Shown one piece after another: positions 20,332-31,083 of a stretch of 64,000 nucleotides of DNA. Under the pieces are notes generated by a model. It did no database searches. It saw nothing but the letters and a program-made list of their open reading frames with translations, and was not told the DNA's origin. The stretch spans positions 44,350 to 108,349 of the forward strand of contig JAOASC010000031.1 in the NCBI GenBank assembly GCA_025210295.1, in the 5' to 3' direction. Source of the stretch: Flavobacteriales bacterium (GTDB lineage: Bacteria > Bacteroidota > Bacteroidia > Flavobacteriales_D > Parvicellaceae). Every line of letters begins with the position of its first letter. Within the stretch, counting starts at the first letter, position 1. The translations under genes and the position numbers were made by a program.

Positions 20332-21381
20332 ATGGACAATCCAACAACAAAGCCAACGGAAAAATTAGAGAACATTAATCTAGATAACATTTTACCAGAA
20401 AACACTGTTATTGAAGAACCCATATTAAAAGATAATCCTGAACGATTTGTTTTATTCCCAATCCAACACGATGACATCTGGCAAATGTACAAAACACAAC
20501 AAGCCATGATTTGGACAGCTGAAGAGCTAGATTTAGCTTCTGATTTGGTTGATTGGAATGAAAAACTCAACGATAATGAACGTTATTTTATCAAGCATGT
20601 TCTTGCGTTCTTTGCTGCATCTGATGGTATTGTAAATGAAAATTTAGCAGAAAACTTTTTAAGTGAAGTACAATATACTGAGGCTAAATTTTTCTACGGT
20701 TTCCAAGTTATGATGGAAAATGTTCACTCAGAGACGTATTCGTTATTAATCGACACTTACATCAAGGATGCTAAGGAAAAAGATTATCTATTCAACGCAA
20801 TTGAGACTTTCCCTCCTGTAAAAACAAAAGCTGAGTGGGCATTAAGATGGATTGATAATGGATCTTTTGCAGAGCGATTAATTGCCTTTGCTGCTGTTGA
20901 GGGAATCTTCTTTTCAGGGTCATTTTGCGCCATATTCTGGTTAAAGAAAAGAGGATTAATGCCAGGATTAACTTTCTCAAATGAGTTAATTTCAAGAGAT
21001 GAAGGTTTACATTGTGATTTCGCTTGTTTATTATACAATAACCACTTAAAAAATCAATTACCAAAAGCACAAGTAAAAGAAATTATTACTTCTGCAGTAG
21101 AAATTGAAAAAGAGTTTGTTACAGAATCATTACCTGTTCGTTTAATAGGAATGAATGCAGACTTAATGAACCAATATATAGAATTTGTTGCGGACCGTTT
21201 ATTAGTAGAATTGGAATGTGAAAAAGTATACAATGCTACTAATCCTTTTGACTTTATGGATATGATTAACCTACAAGGAAAAACTAATTTCTTTGAGAAA
21301 AGAGTGGGTGAGTACCAAAAAGCAGGAGTTAAAAATGGAGCAGGAGAAAACAATGCATTTAGTTTAGATGCAGACTTTTAA
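20332..21381 (+). CDS. nrdB: Ribonucleoside-diphosphate reductase beta subunit, canonical class Ia, eukaryote-like
   Basis: A ferritin-like R2 fold is indicated ('[13 protein letters not shown]', '[10 protein letters not shown]', '[17 protein letters not shown]', C-terminal tail 'FSLDADF'). Confidence 0.9.
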   Translation: MDNPTTKPTEKLENINLDNILPENTVIEEPILKDNPERFVLFPIQHDDIWQMYKTQQAMIWTAEELDLASDLVDWNEKLNDNERYFIKHVLAFFAASDGIVNENLAENFLSEVQYTEAKFFYGFQVMMENVHSETYSLLIDTYIKDAKEKDYLFNAIETFPPVKTKAEWALRWIDNGSFAERLIAFAAVEGIFFSGSFCAIFWLKKRGLMPGLTFSNELISRDEGLHCDFACLLYNNHLKNQLPKAQVKEIITSAVEIEKEFVTESLPVRLIGMNADLMNQYIEFVADRLLVELECEKVYNATNPFDFMDMINLQGKTNFFEKRVGEYQKAGVKNGAGENNAFSLDADF

Positions 21382-21409
21382 TTATTTATTTTTTTAAACC
21401 CAGAACTAG

Positions 21410-23767
21410 ATGTACGTATTAAAAAGAGATGGACGAAAAGAAGTTGTAAAATTTGATAAAATTACAGCTCGAATAAAAAAGATGTGCTACGGCCTTAACC
21501 CATTAGTAGTTCCTGAAAAAGTAGCGATGAGAGTCATTGAAGGCCTGTATGATGGTGTTTCGACAAGTGAACTAGACAATTTAGCTGCCGAAGTCGCTGC
21601 AACGAATACAATTACGCATCCTGATTACGCATTGCTTGCATCGCGAATTGCAGTATCTAACTTGCATAAAAACACCCATAAATCATTCTCTGCAACCATA
21701 GATGACTTATACAATTATATAGACCCTAAAACTGGAGAAAACGCTTCTTTAATTGCTGAAGATGTCTATCAAATTATTCAAGAAAACAAAGAAATTTTAG
21801 ACTCCACAATTATTTACGACAGAGACTTTAGATATGACTTCTTTGGGTTTAAAACATTAGAACGCTCTTACTTACTAAAAATAAATGGTAAAGTTGTTGA
21901 ACGTCCTCAACAAATGCTAATGCGTGTTTCTGTAGGGATTCACAAAAATGATATTGATGCGGTTATAGAAACCTACAACTACTTAAGTGAAGGATGGTTT
22001 ACGCATGCAACGCCAACATTATTTAATTCTGGGACACCCAAACCTCAAATGTCTTCTTGCTTTTTATTAAAAACAAAAGATGACAGTATTGAAGGTATTT
22101 ATGACACACTAAAACAAACTGCTCAAATTTCTCAATCTGCAGGTGGAATTGGTATTTCAATTCACGATATTAGAGCAACAGGCTCTTACATCAAAGGAAC
22201 GAATGGAACTTCCAATGGAATTGTCCCAATGTTAAGAGTATTTAACGATACAGCAAGATATGTAGATCAAGGAGGCGGAAAAAGAAAAGGTTCTTTTGCA
22301 GTATACCTTGAGCCTTGGCATGCTGATGTTTTTGACTTTCTAGATTTAAAGAAAAACACAGGTAAAGAAGAAGCTAGAGCAAGAGATCTATTTTATGCAC
22401 TATGGATCCCAGACTTATTCATGAAACGTGTTGAAGCAAACGAAGACTGGACCTTAATGTGCCCACATGAATGTCCTGGACTTTCTGATGTTCATAGTGA
22501 AGAATTTGAAGCGCTATACACCAAATACGAACAAGAAGGAAAAGGTCGTAAAACAATCAAAGCACAAGATCTATGGTTTAAGATTTGTGAATCGCAAATC
22601 GAAACAGGAACACCTTATATGCTCTATAAGGACGCTGCCAACTCAAAATCCAATCAGAAAAACCTTGGTACGATTAAGTCCTCAAACCTATGTACTGAAA
22701 TTATTGAATATACTGACAAAGATGAAGTTGCTGTATGTAACTTAGCTTCGATAGCTTTACCAAAGTTTGTAAAAGACGGTACATTTGATTTTGAAAAATT
22801 GTTTGAAGTTTCTTATAGAGCGGCTAAAAATCTTGATAAAGTTATCGATGAAAATTTCTACCCTGTACCTGAGGCGAGAAACTCAAACATGCGTCACAGA
22901 CCTATTGGACTAGGTGTCCAAGGATTAGCTGATGCCTTTATCTTAATGCGTTTTCCTTTTGACTCTGCAGAAGCTAAACAATTGAACAAAGACATTTTTG
23001 AGACCATTTATTACGCAGCCGTAACTGCTTCAAAAGATTTAGCAAAAGAAAATGGTCCTTATCAAACATTTAAAGGCTCTCCTATTTCTGAAGGTATTTT
23101 CCAGTTCGACATGTGGGGAGTAACCCCTTCTAATAGATGGGAATGGGATATTTTAAGAGAAGAAGTAAAAGAGCATGGTGTTAGAAACTCTTTATTATTA
23201 GCACCTATGCCTACAGCTTCAACAGCTCAAATCTTAGGGAATAATGAATGTTTTGAACCTTACACTTCGAATGTATATACTAGACGAGTACTTTCTGGAG
23301 AGTTTATTATCGTAAACAAACATTTATTAAGAGACTTAGTAAAACTGGGATTATGGAACGATAGTTTGAAGAATAAATTAATGGCTGCTAATGGCTCTGT
23401 TCAAAACATTGACGAAATTCCTCAAAACATAAAAGATTTATATAAAACAACTTGGGAAATTTCTCAAAAAGTATTGATCGACATGGCTGCTGATAGAGGA
23501 GCGTACATTGACCAATCACAATCGTTAAACATCTTTATGGAAAATGCTAATTTTGCTAAATTAACATCAATGCACTTCTATGGTTGGAAAGCAGGTTTAA
23601 AAACTGGTATGTACTACTTAAGAACAAAAGCTGCAACTGATGCAATTAAATTTACACTAGATAAGTCAGCTATAGAGGCTCCAAAAGCAAAAACAGAAGA
23701 GGAAAGACAAGCTGAAATCGCTTGTTCATTAGATGATCCAGATAACTGCGAAATGTGTAGTGGATGA
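21410..23767 (+). CDS. nrdA: Ribonucleoside-diphosphate reductase alpha subunit, class Ia, with an N-terminal ATP-cone
   Basis: The ATP-cone is present ('[20 protein letters not shown]'). The active site 'SSNLCTEI' and a C-terminal redox Cys pair ('CEMCSG') are present. Confidence 0.9.
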   Translation: MYVLKRDGRKEVVKFDKITARIKKMCYGLNPLVVPEKVAMRVIEGLYDGVSTSELDNLAAEVAATNTITHPDYALLASRIAVSNLHKNTHKSFSATIDDLYNYIDPKTGENASLIAEDVYQIIQENKEILDSTIIYDRDFRYDFFGFKTLERSYLLKINGKVVERPQQMLMRVSVGIHKNDIDAVIETYNYLSEGWFTHATPTLFNSGTPKPQMSSCFLLKTKDDSIEGIYDTLKQTAQISQSAGGIGISIHDIRATGSYIKGTNGTSNGIVPMLRVFNDTARYVDQGGGKRKGSFAVYLEPWHADVFDFLDLKKNTGKEEARARDLFYALWIPDLFMKRVEANEDWTLMCPHECPGLSDVHSEEFEALYTKYEQEGKGRKTIKAQDLWFKICESQIETGTPYMLYKDAANSKSNQKNLGTIKSSNLCTEIIEYTDKDEVAVCNLASIALPKFVKDGTFDFEKLFEVSYRAAKNLDKVIDENFYPVPEARNSNMRHRPIGLGVQGLADAFILMRFPFDSAEAKQLNKDIFETIYYAAVTASKDLAKENGPYQTFKGSPISEGIFQFDMWGVTPSNRWEWDILREEVKEHGVRNSLLLAPMPTASTAQILGNNECFEPYTSNVYTRRVLSGEFIIVNKHLLRDLVKLGLWNDSLKNKLMAANGSVQNIDEIPQNIKDLYKTTWEISQKVLIDMAADRGAYIDQSQSLNIFMENANFAKLTSMHFYGWKAGLKTGMYYLRTKAATDAIKFTLDKSAIEAPKAKTEEERQAEIACSLDDPDNCEMCSG

Positions 23768-23794
23768 TCAAACAAACTTAACCAATCAACACAA

Positions 23795-23828
23795 GGCATA
23801 GTATTTAAATACTGTGCCTTTTTTTTGC
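23795..23828 (+). terminator. Rho-independent terminator after nrdA
   Basis: The stem GGCATAGTATTT/AAATACTGTGCC has one mismatch and is followed by T8. The track ORF 23814 begins with a GTG inside this hairpin and is therefore spurious at its 5' end. Confidence 0.6.
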
Positions 23829-23861
23829 TTGCATGGCACAATTCTTGAATTGTCTCTCCTC

Positions 23862-25370
23862 ATGGAAAAAACTTTACTTTTAAACATCATTTTACTCATT
23901 AGTTTTAGCGGTTTTACTCAAAACAACCGTTTTCTAAATTCAATAGATAATCTAAAGTTTAGCCCTAAGGAAGTTGTCGTTAGAAATACGAATACAACCT
24001 TAGTGAAACTCAATTATCAACTAAAAATGTATGAAGGAAAACCAAAGAGTCTTAACCTTTCAAAAATGTTGAACTTCCATGCAAATGGCGCTGCACAGGA
24101 GGTTACTGCTTCTAGAAAACAACTCTTAATCAAAGTAAAACAGAACACTAAAATCAAAGACACCATTATTCTAAAGTATGCTTTTAAAAAAAGAGATGAT
24201 ATTCAATTTACAGATACCATTATCACTTTGAATTTTGATAAAATCCGTCAAAAAACATTAAATGAAATTGTAGTGGTAGAACCTATAATCAATGAGAACA
24301 AAGTTTCGATAATTAACTACCAAAAAATAGATTTTCTGTTAACTTTTAAAAATGGAAAACAAAGTTATCTATCTGAATATAGCGACATTTTATACCGTTC
24401 AGACTTCGATATCAGAGCAGATGGTCCTATAGAATACGCTTCTGGTTCTGTAAAAGGCAAATACCATGCTTTTATTGAAGGAGATGGTTACATCACGGTT
24501 TCTCTAAAAAACAACCCTGCGATTCAAACTACTAAAGCAGTAAAAATTAATCATAACGTGAAATACGTTTTAGACTTTGATAAAAGCTATATAGGTAGAA
24601 GAGGTAGGAGTGGCGATGATGGAACTGATGGACGAAATGGAAACACCTATAAAGAAGTCGTGAGCGAAAACTACAATATCTACAACAACATTTCTCATAA
24701 TTCTATCGATGGGGAAAGTGGGAGAACAGGAGAAAATGGCAGAAGAGGTGCCCAAGGAGCTAATGCCTCTGAAGTCAATGTTTTTGTCAACATCGTGACT
24801 AACACAGAGGACCAACAAGCCTTACAAGTGAAAACCCAAAAAGGGAGCAGTTATTACACTAGATACCTTCCATTAAACAGCGACTTCTCAAGGCTTAAAA
24901 TATACAACAGAGGTGGTGATGGAGGTCGCGGTGGTCATGGTGGTGACGGCGGCGATGGTGGTGACGGAAAAGCATTTACAATCATTGTAGAAAAAGAGAA
25001 GGAAGATCCTAATGACCGAAATAAAACAGTTGTAGAAAAGTCTTTTTACTATTACGAAGGAAATGGTGGTAATGGTGGCCACGGTGGTAATGGAGGTAAC
25101 GGCGGAGACGGTGGCGATGGAGGTAATGTAAATATCTATTATGACCAAGCTTCTTCTGCTTATCTAGACCGCATTACAATTATTAACACTGGAGGCGATG
25201 GAGGTAGTCCTGGTTACGCAGGTGATGGAGGTGATGGAGGATGTAGAAAACGTCTATATGGCGAGGAAGTGATGAATAAAGGTAGAGATGGAAGAGATGG
25301 TGAAGATGGGGAGAGAGGTTATTCAGGAAGTAGAGGAAGAAAAGGAAATGTTAATTATATTCTACAATAG
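23862..25370 (+). CDS. Secreted protein with short collagen-like Gly-X-Y and Gly-Gly-X triplet runs
   Basis: A signal peptide ('MEKTLLLNIILLISFSGFTQ') is present. The C-terminal half contains 'GRRGRSGDDGTDGRNGN', 'GESGRTGENGRRGAQGAN', 'GGDGGRGGHGGDGGDGGDG', 'GGNGGNGGHGGNGGNGGDGGDGG' and 'GRDGRDGEDGERGYSGSRGRKGN'. There is no T9SS CTD. Confidence 0.6.
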   Translation: MEKTLLLNIILLISFSGFTQNNRFLNSIDNLKFSPKEVVVRNTNTTLVKLNYQLKMYEGKPKSLNLSKMLNFHANGAAQEVTASRKQLLIKVKQNTKIKDTIILKYAFKKRDDIQFTDTIITLNFDKIRQKTLNEIVVVEPIINENKVSIINYQKIDFLLTFKNGKQSYLSEYSDILYRSDFDIRADGPIEYASGSVKGKYHAFIEGDGYITVSLKNNPAIQTTKAVKINHNVKYVLDFDKSYIGRRGRSGDDGTDGRNGNTYKEVVSENYNIYNNISHNSIDGESGRTGENGRRGAQGANASEVNVFVNIVTNTEDQQALQVKTQKGSSYYTRYLPLNSDFSRLKIYNRGGDGGRGGHGGDGGDGGDGKAFTIIVEKEKEDPNDRNKTVVEKSFYYYEGNGGNGGHGGNGGNGGDGGDGGNVNIYYDQASSAYLDRITIINTGGDGGSPGYAGDGGDGGCRKRLYGEEVMNKGRDGRDGEDGERGYSGSRGRKGNVNYILQ

Positions 25371-25439
25371 AAATGTATTTCTTTTCTTTGTGTAACAAAA
25401 AGACATTAATCTCGTTATAGTTACAACACACCAAACGAT

Positions 25440-25592
25440 ATGAAACGATACCTTATACCTATTCTTATTTGCTTGTTTGTAATTAGCCTTTCTTCTTGTA
25501 GGTTATTTAAAGGTAAAAACAAATGTGGCACATGCCCTTCATGGAAAGCGGATGTTCAACAAATTGATACACCTCAACAAGCTAAGGTTTAG
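25440..25592 (+). CDS. Small putative lipoprotein (50 aa) with a CxxC pair, not in the ORF track
   Basis: The ATG opens 'MKRYLIPILICLFVISLSSC', a signal peptide with lipobox LSSC. Then follows 'RLFKGKNKCGTCPSWKADVQQIDTPQQAKV'. This is my own translation. It lies in a gap between annotated ORFs. Confidence 0.35.
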   Translation: MKRYLIPILICLFVISLSSCRLFKGKNKCGTCPSWKADVQQIDTPQQAKV

Positions 25593-25607
25593 TTTACAGA
25601 CTACTAA

Positions 25608-26204
25608 ATGAATAAAAACCTTGAAATCATTGAGCAGTTTCTTCCTGCAAATACAGGTAACTATGTTTTAGATTTACTCAAAAAATATCCTGTAAAATTT
25701 AAGATTGTTAAACCACGTAAAAGTAAATTAGGAGATTTTAAAGCATCTCCACAAACTGGTAATTGCCAAATAACAATCAACAATAACCTTGAACCTCTCA
25801 ATTTTCTGATTACAACATTGCATGAAATTGCTCACCTGTATAACTGGAAAGAATATGGTAGAAATATCGCCCCACACGGAAAAGAATGGAAACAACAATA
25901 CATTGCGCTATTTCAACCTATTTTAAATAATCAAATATTTTCTGAACAAGAATTAAGTATTTTAAGACAGCACCTCTCTAACCCTAAAGCTTCGAGTAGT
26001 GCCGATAAATCTTTGTCTAATCATTTTAAAAAACCCAATACCAAACACGTTAACGATTTACAGGCTAATCAGCTTTTTGAACTTAATGGAAAAATCTTTA
26101 GAATTGAGAAAAAACTGAGAACTCGCTACCTCTGTACTGAATTAAACAGCCAGAGAAAGTACTATGTTAACGGCCTAGCAATTGTTCAATTAATTAAACA
26201 ATAA
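25608..26204 (+). CDS. SprT-like zinc-metallopeptidase domain protein
   Basis: The HExxH motif is in SprT context ('ITTLHEIAHLYNWKEYGRNIAPHGKEWK'). Confidence 0.7.
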   Translation: MNKNLEIIEQFLPANTGNYVLDLLKKYPVKFKIVKPRKSKLGDFKASPQTGNCQITINNNLEPLNFLITTLHEIAHLYNWKEYGRNIAPHGKEWKQQYIALFQPILNNQIFSEQELSILRQHLSNPKASSSADKSLSNHFKKPNTKHVNDLQANQLFELNGKIFRIEKKLRTRYLCTELNSQRKYYVNGLAIVQLIKQ

Positions 26205-26296
26205 AGCAACTAACTTTCCGATTTAACGTTACTCTTTTACTATAAAAACGCTAAATTTGCATAATTTAACGTCAAACGAAGAGATTAAAAGATAAC

Positions 26297-28717
26297 ATGA
26301 GGAATCGATTACTGGGCATATTTCTTATTAGTATGATTAATTTTTCAGCATGGGCTTGTAGTCCTTATGCTGTTCCTACGCTGACCAATCAACAAATTGT
26401 TGGAACAGATTTAGTTCTAAATTGGACCAGTAACATTCCTTGGTCGTGTACCTATAAAATTACTACCGAAATTTCTTGTTTAAGCGGAACTCGATTATTG
26501 CCTTTACAAATCTCAGCCCCTATTTTTAAATCATCTGCCGCTCCTCAGGCCTACCCACAAGCACAAGTTATCGATATTAGCTCACTATGCAAAGGAGAGG
26601 TTTACCGTTTCCGAGCAAAAGATGGCGGAAGTGGCTGGACTCAATTTTATGAATTTACCATTGGCGATGCTTTTGAGGTCAATGTAACACCGGTAGATCC
26701 TATACTTTGTATTGGAGATTGTATTGATTTAACAGCTACGACACCAGACGCATGTAACCAAGTCTTTTATACTTGGAGTAACGGCTTAGGCTCAAGCTCA
26801 ACAATATCTGTTTGCCCTACAACTACTACTACCTATTCGGTAACTGCATTAACCAATGGACTTTGTGGTCCTATTACAAGCACTGTTGATGTGACTGTAG
26901 AAGTTGTTGAATACCCTATTGGAGGTACAGCAAGCTCTTTTCCTGAGCACGTATGCGAAGGTGATCCATCCAGAATTAATTTAGTAGACTATCACGGTGA
27001 CATCCAATGGCAAAGTGCACTTTCCAGCACAGGTCCTTGGACTGATCTTGTAGGAGAAACAGCCGACATTCACATTCCCTCCTCCACTATGGTTGACATA
27101 TATTACAGAGCAGAACTTACCAACTACTGTGGATTAGAATACTCAACTGTGGCTGTTGTATATGCAGAACCCTACCCACAAATGCAATTCAACATACAAG
27201 ATGGTTGTATTTATGACCCTGTTCAATTCCAGAATCAAACCACAATAGCCACAGGAAACATTATCAATTGGGTATGGGATTTTGGAGACTTTTCTTCTGG
27301 ATTTTCCGAACATGAATCGCATTTATATGACCGTCCAGGAACCTATGACATCAAACTCACAGCAACATCCGACTATGATTGCATAAGCGAAACTACAGGA
27401 CAAGTTACAGTAAACCCAAGTCCAATTGCTAACTTTGCGACGAGTAATGATTGCCAATATAATGAGATTAATTTTATTGATCAGTCTTATGTCGATAACC
27501 CAGATGATATTGTGACAACTATTTACGACTTTGGTGATCAATCAGCTTATGTTTCTGAAAACAACCCTGCTCACCTATATAACCAGCCTGGGAATTATAA
27601 CATTACCATGATTGTAACGACCAACAATGGTTGTACAGATAACATCACTTTACCGGTGGAGATTTATCCTATCCCAATTGCTTCTTTTTCTGCTGATCAA
27701 CAATGTGAAAATGAAGCGCCAACAAGCTTCACCAACCTTTCCTCAATAAGCTCCGGACAAATTGCTTTATACGATTGGAACTTTGCAGATGGAAACACTT
27801 CTACTTTCCCCAACCCGACCAACAATTACAGTTCAGATGGAATATACAATACTCAACTCATTGTACACTCTAATCACAACTGTACAGATACCATAGAAAT
27901 CCCTGTAACTGTACTTAAAAAGCCTACCACCTATTTAATGGCCGATATTCCTGAAAGTTGCTCTCCTTTATGCGTAAACTTCACTGATTTTTCGCTACCT
28001 AATGCAACCAATATAGTCAATAGACATTGGACATTTGGAAACGGAGAAGAGTCGTTTGATCAAAACCCTAGTAGCTGTTTTTACAACGAAAGTAACACTG
28101 ATGACATTACCTTTGATGTACAACTGATTACACGGAACGATTTAGGATGCTCAGATACTTTATTACTAACAGATTATCTTGAGGTCTTTCATAATCCTAT
28201 AGCTCAATTTAAACCTGATCCTGAAGAAAAAAACATGTATCACCCAGAAATAGAATTTTTGAATTATTCTACAGGAGCAATCAATTATATTTGGGACTTT
28301 GGAGATGGAAACACTTCATTCGATTACGAACCAGTAAACAGCTATCCTGATACGGGACTTTACACCATAGAACTAGTTGCCTTAACCAACAGAAATTGCA
28401 AGGATACAACGTATGAAAACATTAGAATTTTACCTACTGTAAACCTTTATATGCCAAGTGCTTTTACCCCAAATGGCGACGGCGTAAATGATTTCGCAAT
28501 CTTAAAAAGCTATGGAATTGTGGACCAAGGATACAACTACTATGTTTTCGATAGATGGGGAACTCTAATTTTTTACACCAACGACATCACCAAAGGTTGG
28601 GACGGGACCTACAAAGGTGAAGTAGCCCAGCAAGACGCCTATTTATACCGAATTGAATGTATAGATATTTTTGGAGAATCCCATTCTAAAAGAGGGCACA
28701 TTAACCTATTAAAATAG
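26297..28717 (+). CDS. T9SS cargo with PKD-like domains and a gliding-motility-associated (type-B) C-terminal domain
   Basis: A signal peptide is present. PKD-type repeats are repeated ('WDFGDFSSG', 'YDFGDQSAY', 'WNFADGNTS', 'WDFGDGNTS'). The C-terminus ('LYMPSAFTPNGDGVNDFAIL...KGWDGTYKGEVAQQDAYLYRIECIDIFG') matches the T9SS type-B CTD. Confidence 0.8.
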   Translation: MRNRLLGIFLISMINFSAWACSPYAVPTLTNQQIVGTDLVLNWTSNIPWSCTYKITTEISCLSGTRLLPLQISAPIFKSSAAPQAYPQAQVIDISSLCKGEVYRFRAKDGGSGWTQFYEFTIGDAFEVNVTPVDPILCIGDCIDLTATTPDACNQVFYTWSNGLGSSSTISVCPTTTTTYSVTALTNGLCGPITSTVDVTVEVVEYPIGGTASSFPEHVCEGDPSRINLVDYHGDIQWQSALSSTGPWTDLVGETADIHIPSSTMVDIYYRAELTNYCGLEYSTVAVVYAEPYPQMQFNIQDGCIYDPVQFQNQTTIATGNIINWVWDFGDFSSGFSEHESHLYDRPGTYDIKLTATSDYDCISETTGQVTVNPSPIANFATSNDCQYNEINFIDQSYVDNPDDIVTTIYDFGDQSAYVSENNPAHLYNQPGNYNITMIVTTNNGCTDNITLPVEIYPIPIASFSADQQCENEAPTSFTNLSSISSGQIALYDWNFADGNTSTFPNPTNNYSSDGIYNTQLIVHSNHNCTDTIEIPVTVLKKPTTYLMADIPESCSPLCVNFTDFSLPNATNIVNRHWTFGNGEESFDQNPSSCFYNESNTDDITFDVQLITRNDLGCSDTLLLTDYLEVFHNPIAQFKPDPEEKNMYHPEIEFLNYSTGAINYIWDFGDGNTSFDYEPVNSYPDTGLYTIELVALTNRNCKDTTYENIRILPTVNLYMPSAFTPNGDGVNDFAILKSYGIVDQGYNYYVFDRWGTLIFYTNDITKGWDGTYKGEVAQQDAYLYRIECIDIFGESHSKRGHINLLK

Positions 28718-28722
28718 AATTG

Positions 28723-31083
28723 ATGCGATTATTATATTTACTATTTGGATTATTTTGGTTTCAGGCAATCATTGGCCAATGCCCACAAACTGCTATTGCC
28801 AATGTGACCGAACCTACATGCGCAGGAAATAACGGAAGCATAGAAGTTATAGCAACAGGAGGTACTGCTCCCTATGAATACAATATTGACGGAGGGCCAA
28901 ATCAAACCTCTAATCTATTCAGTAATTTAGGTTTTGGAGGGTACACCATCCAGGTAATTGATGCCTCTGGTTGTGTTTACACGCTACAATCTGTAGTAAA
29001 CTATAAGCCTGTTTCAATACAAACATTAACCTTATCTCCCACCTGTAAAGATTACTTAGCTGGATCAGTAAACATTATGGCGCAAGATGGAGACCACACC
29101 TATGAATACAGTATAGATGGCGGAACTACATGGCAAAGCTCCACTCCTGTTCAAGGCTTGGATTCTGGTTATTATAATTTAGTTATCAGAGATGGAGTAG
29201 GATGTATGGACGACTCTGTGATTCATATAGGTTACTCCTCTATCGATCCGATCATTACAACTACCAATGAATTATGTGATGGAACTATGGGAACCATTAA
29301 TGTTAGTTTTCCAAACGCAGGAAGCTACGACTACACCATAGATGGAGGTTTAACCACTCAAACCACAGCCACCAATACCTATACCGTAACTGGAGGTTCC
29401 TACTCTTTTCAGGTAACCAACGCCGTAGGATGTTTAGAAACTGTTCCTGTTTTTGTCGATGCAGATTCTATTCACGGCTCTATTACTAATCATACCAACG
29501 AAACTTGCAACTATATGAATGGAGCTTTCAATGTCGCCATCACTGACGCTATTCCTCCTGTTGAATACAGTATTGATAATGGAGCTACTTTTGGAGCATT
29601 GAATACGTTTTCCGACTTAGACAATGACTTGTATTTTGTTGTAGCTCGTGACAGTAGAGGGTGCCTTTATGAAAACCCTGTAGAAATCATTAATAATGGA
29701 GGTGTAGAACTAAGCTTATCCAACGATACTGCTGCAATCTGTTTAGGAGAGGTAGCTACTATTTTATCATCAACGTCTGCACCTAATTGCACCTATCAAT
29801 GGAGCAACGGGCAAGGAACTGATACCTTAATTCAGGTTTCTCCTCCTCAAAACTCCAACTATGAATTGGTTGTTACTGATCCTACCGGCTGTACGGACAC
29901 CGCTAATGTAGCCATTATTGTTCATCCTATTCCTACCGTTAACCTCTCTTTACCCTCCATCGATTTATGCCCATACGACTCCATCCTTCTAACGGCTTCT
30001 GGAGCTACCAACTATGTATGGAACACTGGAGATACCACAGCAAATCTTTATGTAAAACAACCGGTAACTGGTGCTTATATTAAAGTAATAGGCTCTTCTT
30101 TTGGATGCAGTAACACCGACTCTACCCTCGTCAATATTGGGGGAGTAAACGCCTCAATATCACAAAATCAAAACATCTGTCTGGGAGACAATATCAATCT
30201 TTTTGTTAATGCCACTGGAACCAACCTTACCTATCAATGGAGCGCTGGATCTAGCAATACATTCTATCAAAACGTTTCGCCTACATCTACAACCAACTAC
30301 CAAGTCATTGTTACAGACTATCTTGGCTGTAAGGACACTGTTAGTTCAACTGTTTTTGTTGACCTTACAACCAATTTAGAAGCTATACCAAGTACGATCA
30401 ATGGCTGTACTGGTGACGAAGTCACTTTATCTGCCAATGGAGCCAATAATTACATCTGGAACAATGAAGATTCAACGACTTCAATTACATTCAACTTAGC
30501 GCAAAGCACAACTGTTGAACTTGTTGGTTATAACGGTGCATGTAGTGAGGTTATTTCTATCCCTGTAATTGTAAGACCTACACCTAGCGTTATGGCCTCT
30601 TCTAACACTACGAGTATTAATACTGGGGATCAAATTACTTTTGATAACACTGGTTCTAATGCTACTTACACCGAATGGAATTTTGGAGATGGTTCTACTT
30701 CTATTCTTGACCACCCAGTACATACCTTTAACTTTCCTGGAGCATATCATGTTATACTAACTGGATTTATTGGTGAATGTACAGCAACTGATACTTTATT
30801 GGTTTATGTTGGCTTTGCTGGCGTGGAAGAATTAGCCTATAAAATTCAAATGGGACCTAACCCAACCAACGGTCTTTTTAATGCTTCTATCTTTTTACAA
30901 CAAAATGCATCGTTAACAGTCGACATTTATTCTATCACAGGAGAAAAAATCTTTTCAGAGAACATTCAAGACGCTCATGAAATGACCATTTCTCATGATT
31001 TTAGCGGTTACTCAAAAGGTATTTACATTTTAGATTTTGGAATTGATGGGACACATCTTATTAAAAAATTAATTGTCAATTAA
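28723..31083 (+). CDS. T9SS cargo with tandem SprB-type repeats and a type-A Por C-terminal sorting domain
   Basis: A signal peptide is present. Repeats of the form 'C..G.I.V.A.GG..PYEY.IDGG...Q....F..L..G.Y...V.D..GC' recur. The C-terminal roughly 80 aa ('MGPNPTNGLF...IYILDFGIDGTHLIKKLIVN') form the T9SS CTD. The track start is TTG at 28720. The ATG is at 28723. Confidence 0.8.
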   Translation: MRLLYLLFGLFWFQAIIGQCPQTAIANVTEPTCAGNNGSIEVIATGGTAPYEYNIDGGPNQTSNLFSNLGFGGYTIQVIDASGCVYTLQSVVNYKPVSIQTLTLSPTCKDYLAGSVNIMAQDGDHTYEYSIDGGTTWQSSTPVQGLDSGYYNLVIRDGVGCMDDSVIHIGYSSIDPIITTTNELCDGTMGTINVSFPNAGSYDYTIDGGLTTQTTATNTYTVTGGSYSFQVTNAVGCLETVPVFVDADSIHGSITNHTNETCNYMNGAFNVAITDAIPPVEYSIDNGATFGALNTFSDLDNDLYFVVARDSRGCLYENPVEIINNGGVELSLSNDTAAICLGEVATILSSTSAPNCTYQWSNGQGTDTLIQVSPPQNSNYELVVTDPTGCTDTANVAIIVHPIPTVNLSLPSIDLCPYDSILLTASGATNYVWNTGDTTANLYVKQPVTGAYIKVIGSSFGCSNTDSTLVNIGGVNASISQNQNICLGDNINLFVNATGTNLTYQWSAGSSNTFYQNVSPTSTTNYQVIVTDYLGCKDTVSSTVFVDLTTNLEAIPSTINGCTGDEVTLSANGANNYIWNNEDSTTSITFNLAQSTTVELVGYNGACSEVISIPVIVRPTPSVMASSNTTSINTGDQITFDNTGSNATYTEWNFGDGSTSILDHPVHTFNFPGAYHVILTGFIGECTATDTLLVYVGFAGVEELAYKIQMGPNPTNGLFNASIFLQQNASLTVDIYSITGEKIFSENIQDAHEMTISHDFSGYSKGIYILDFGIDGTHLIKKLIVN

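Noticed and set aside
23814-23861. Upstream extension of the collagen-like gene from GTG at 23814
   Set aside because: The GTG lies inside the nrdA terminator hairpin. The ATG at 23862 begins a canonical signal peptide.
24570-25148. Two minus-strand ORFs inside the collagen-like gene
   Set aside because: They arise from the GGT/GAT/GGA codon periodicity of the Gly-X-Y coding repeats and encode low-complexity I/T/V-rich peptides.
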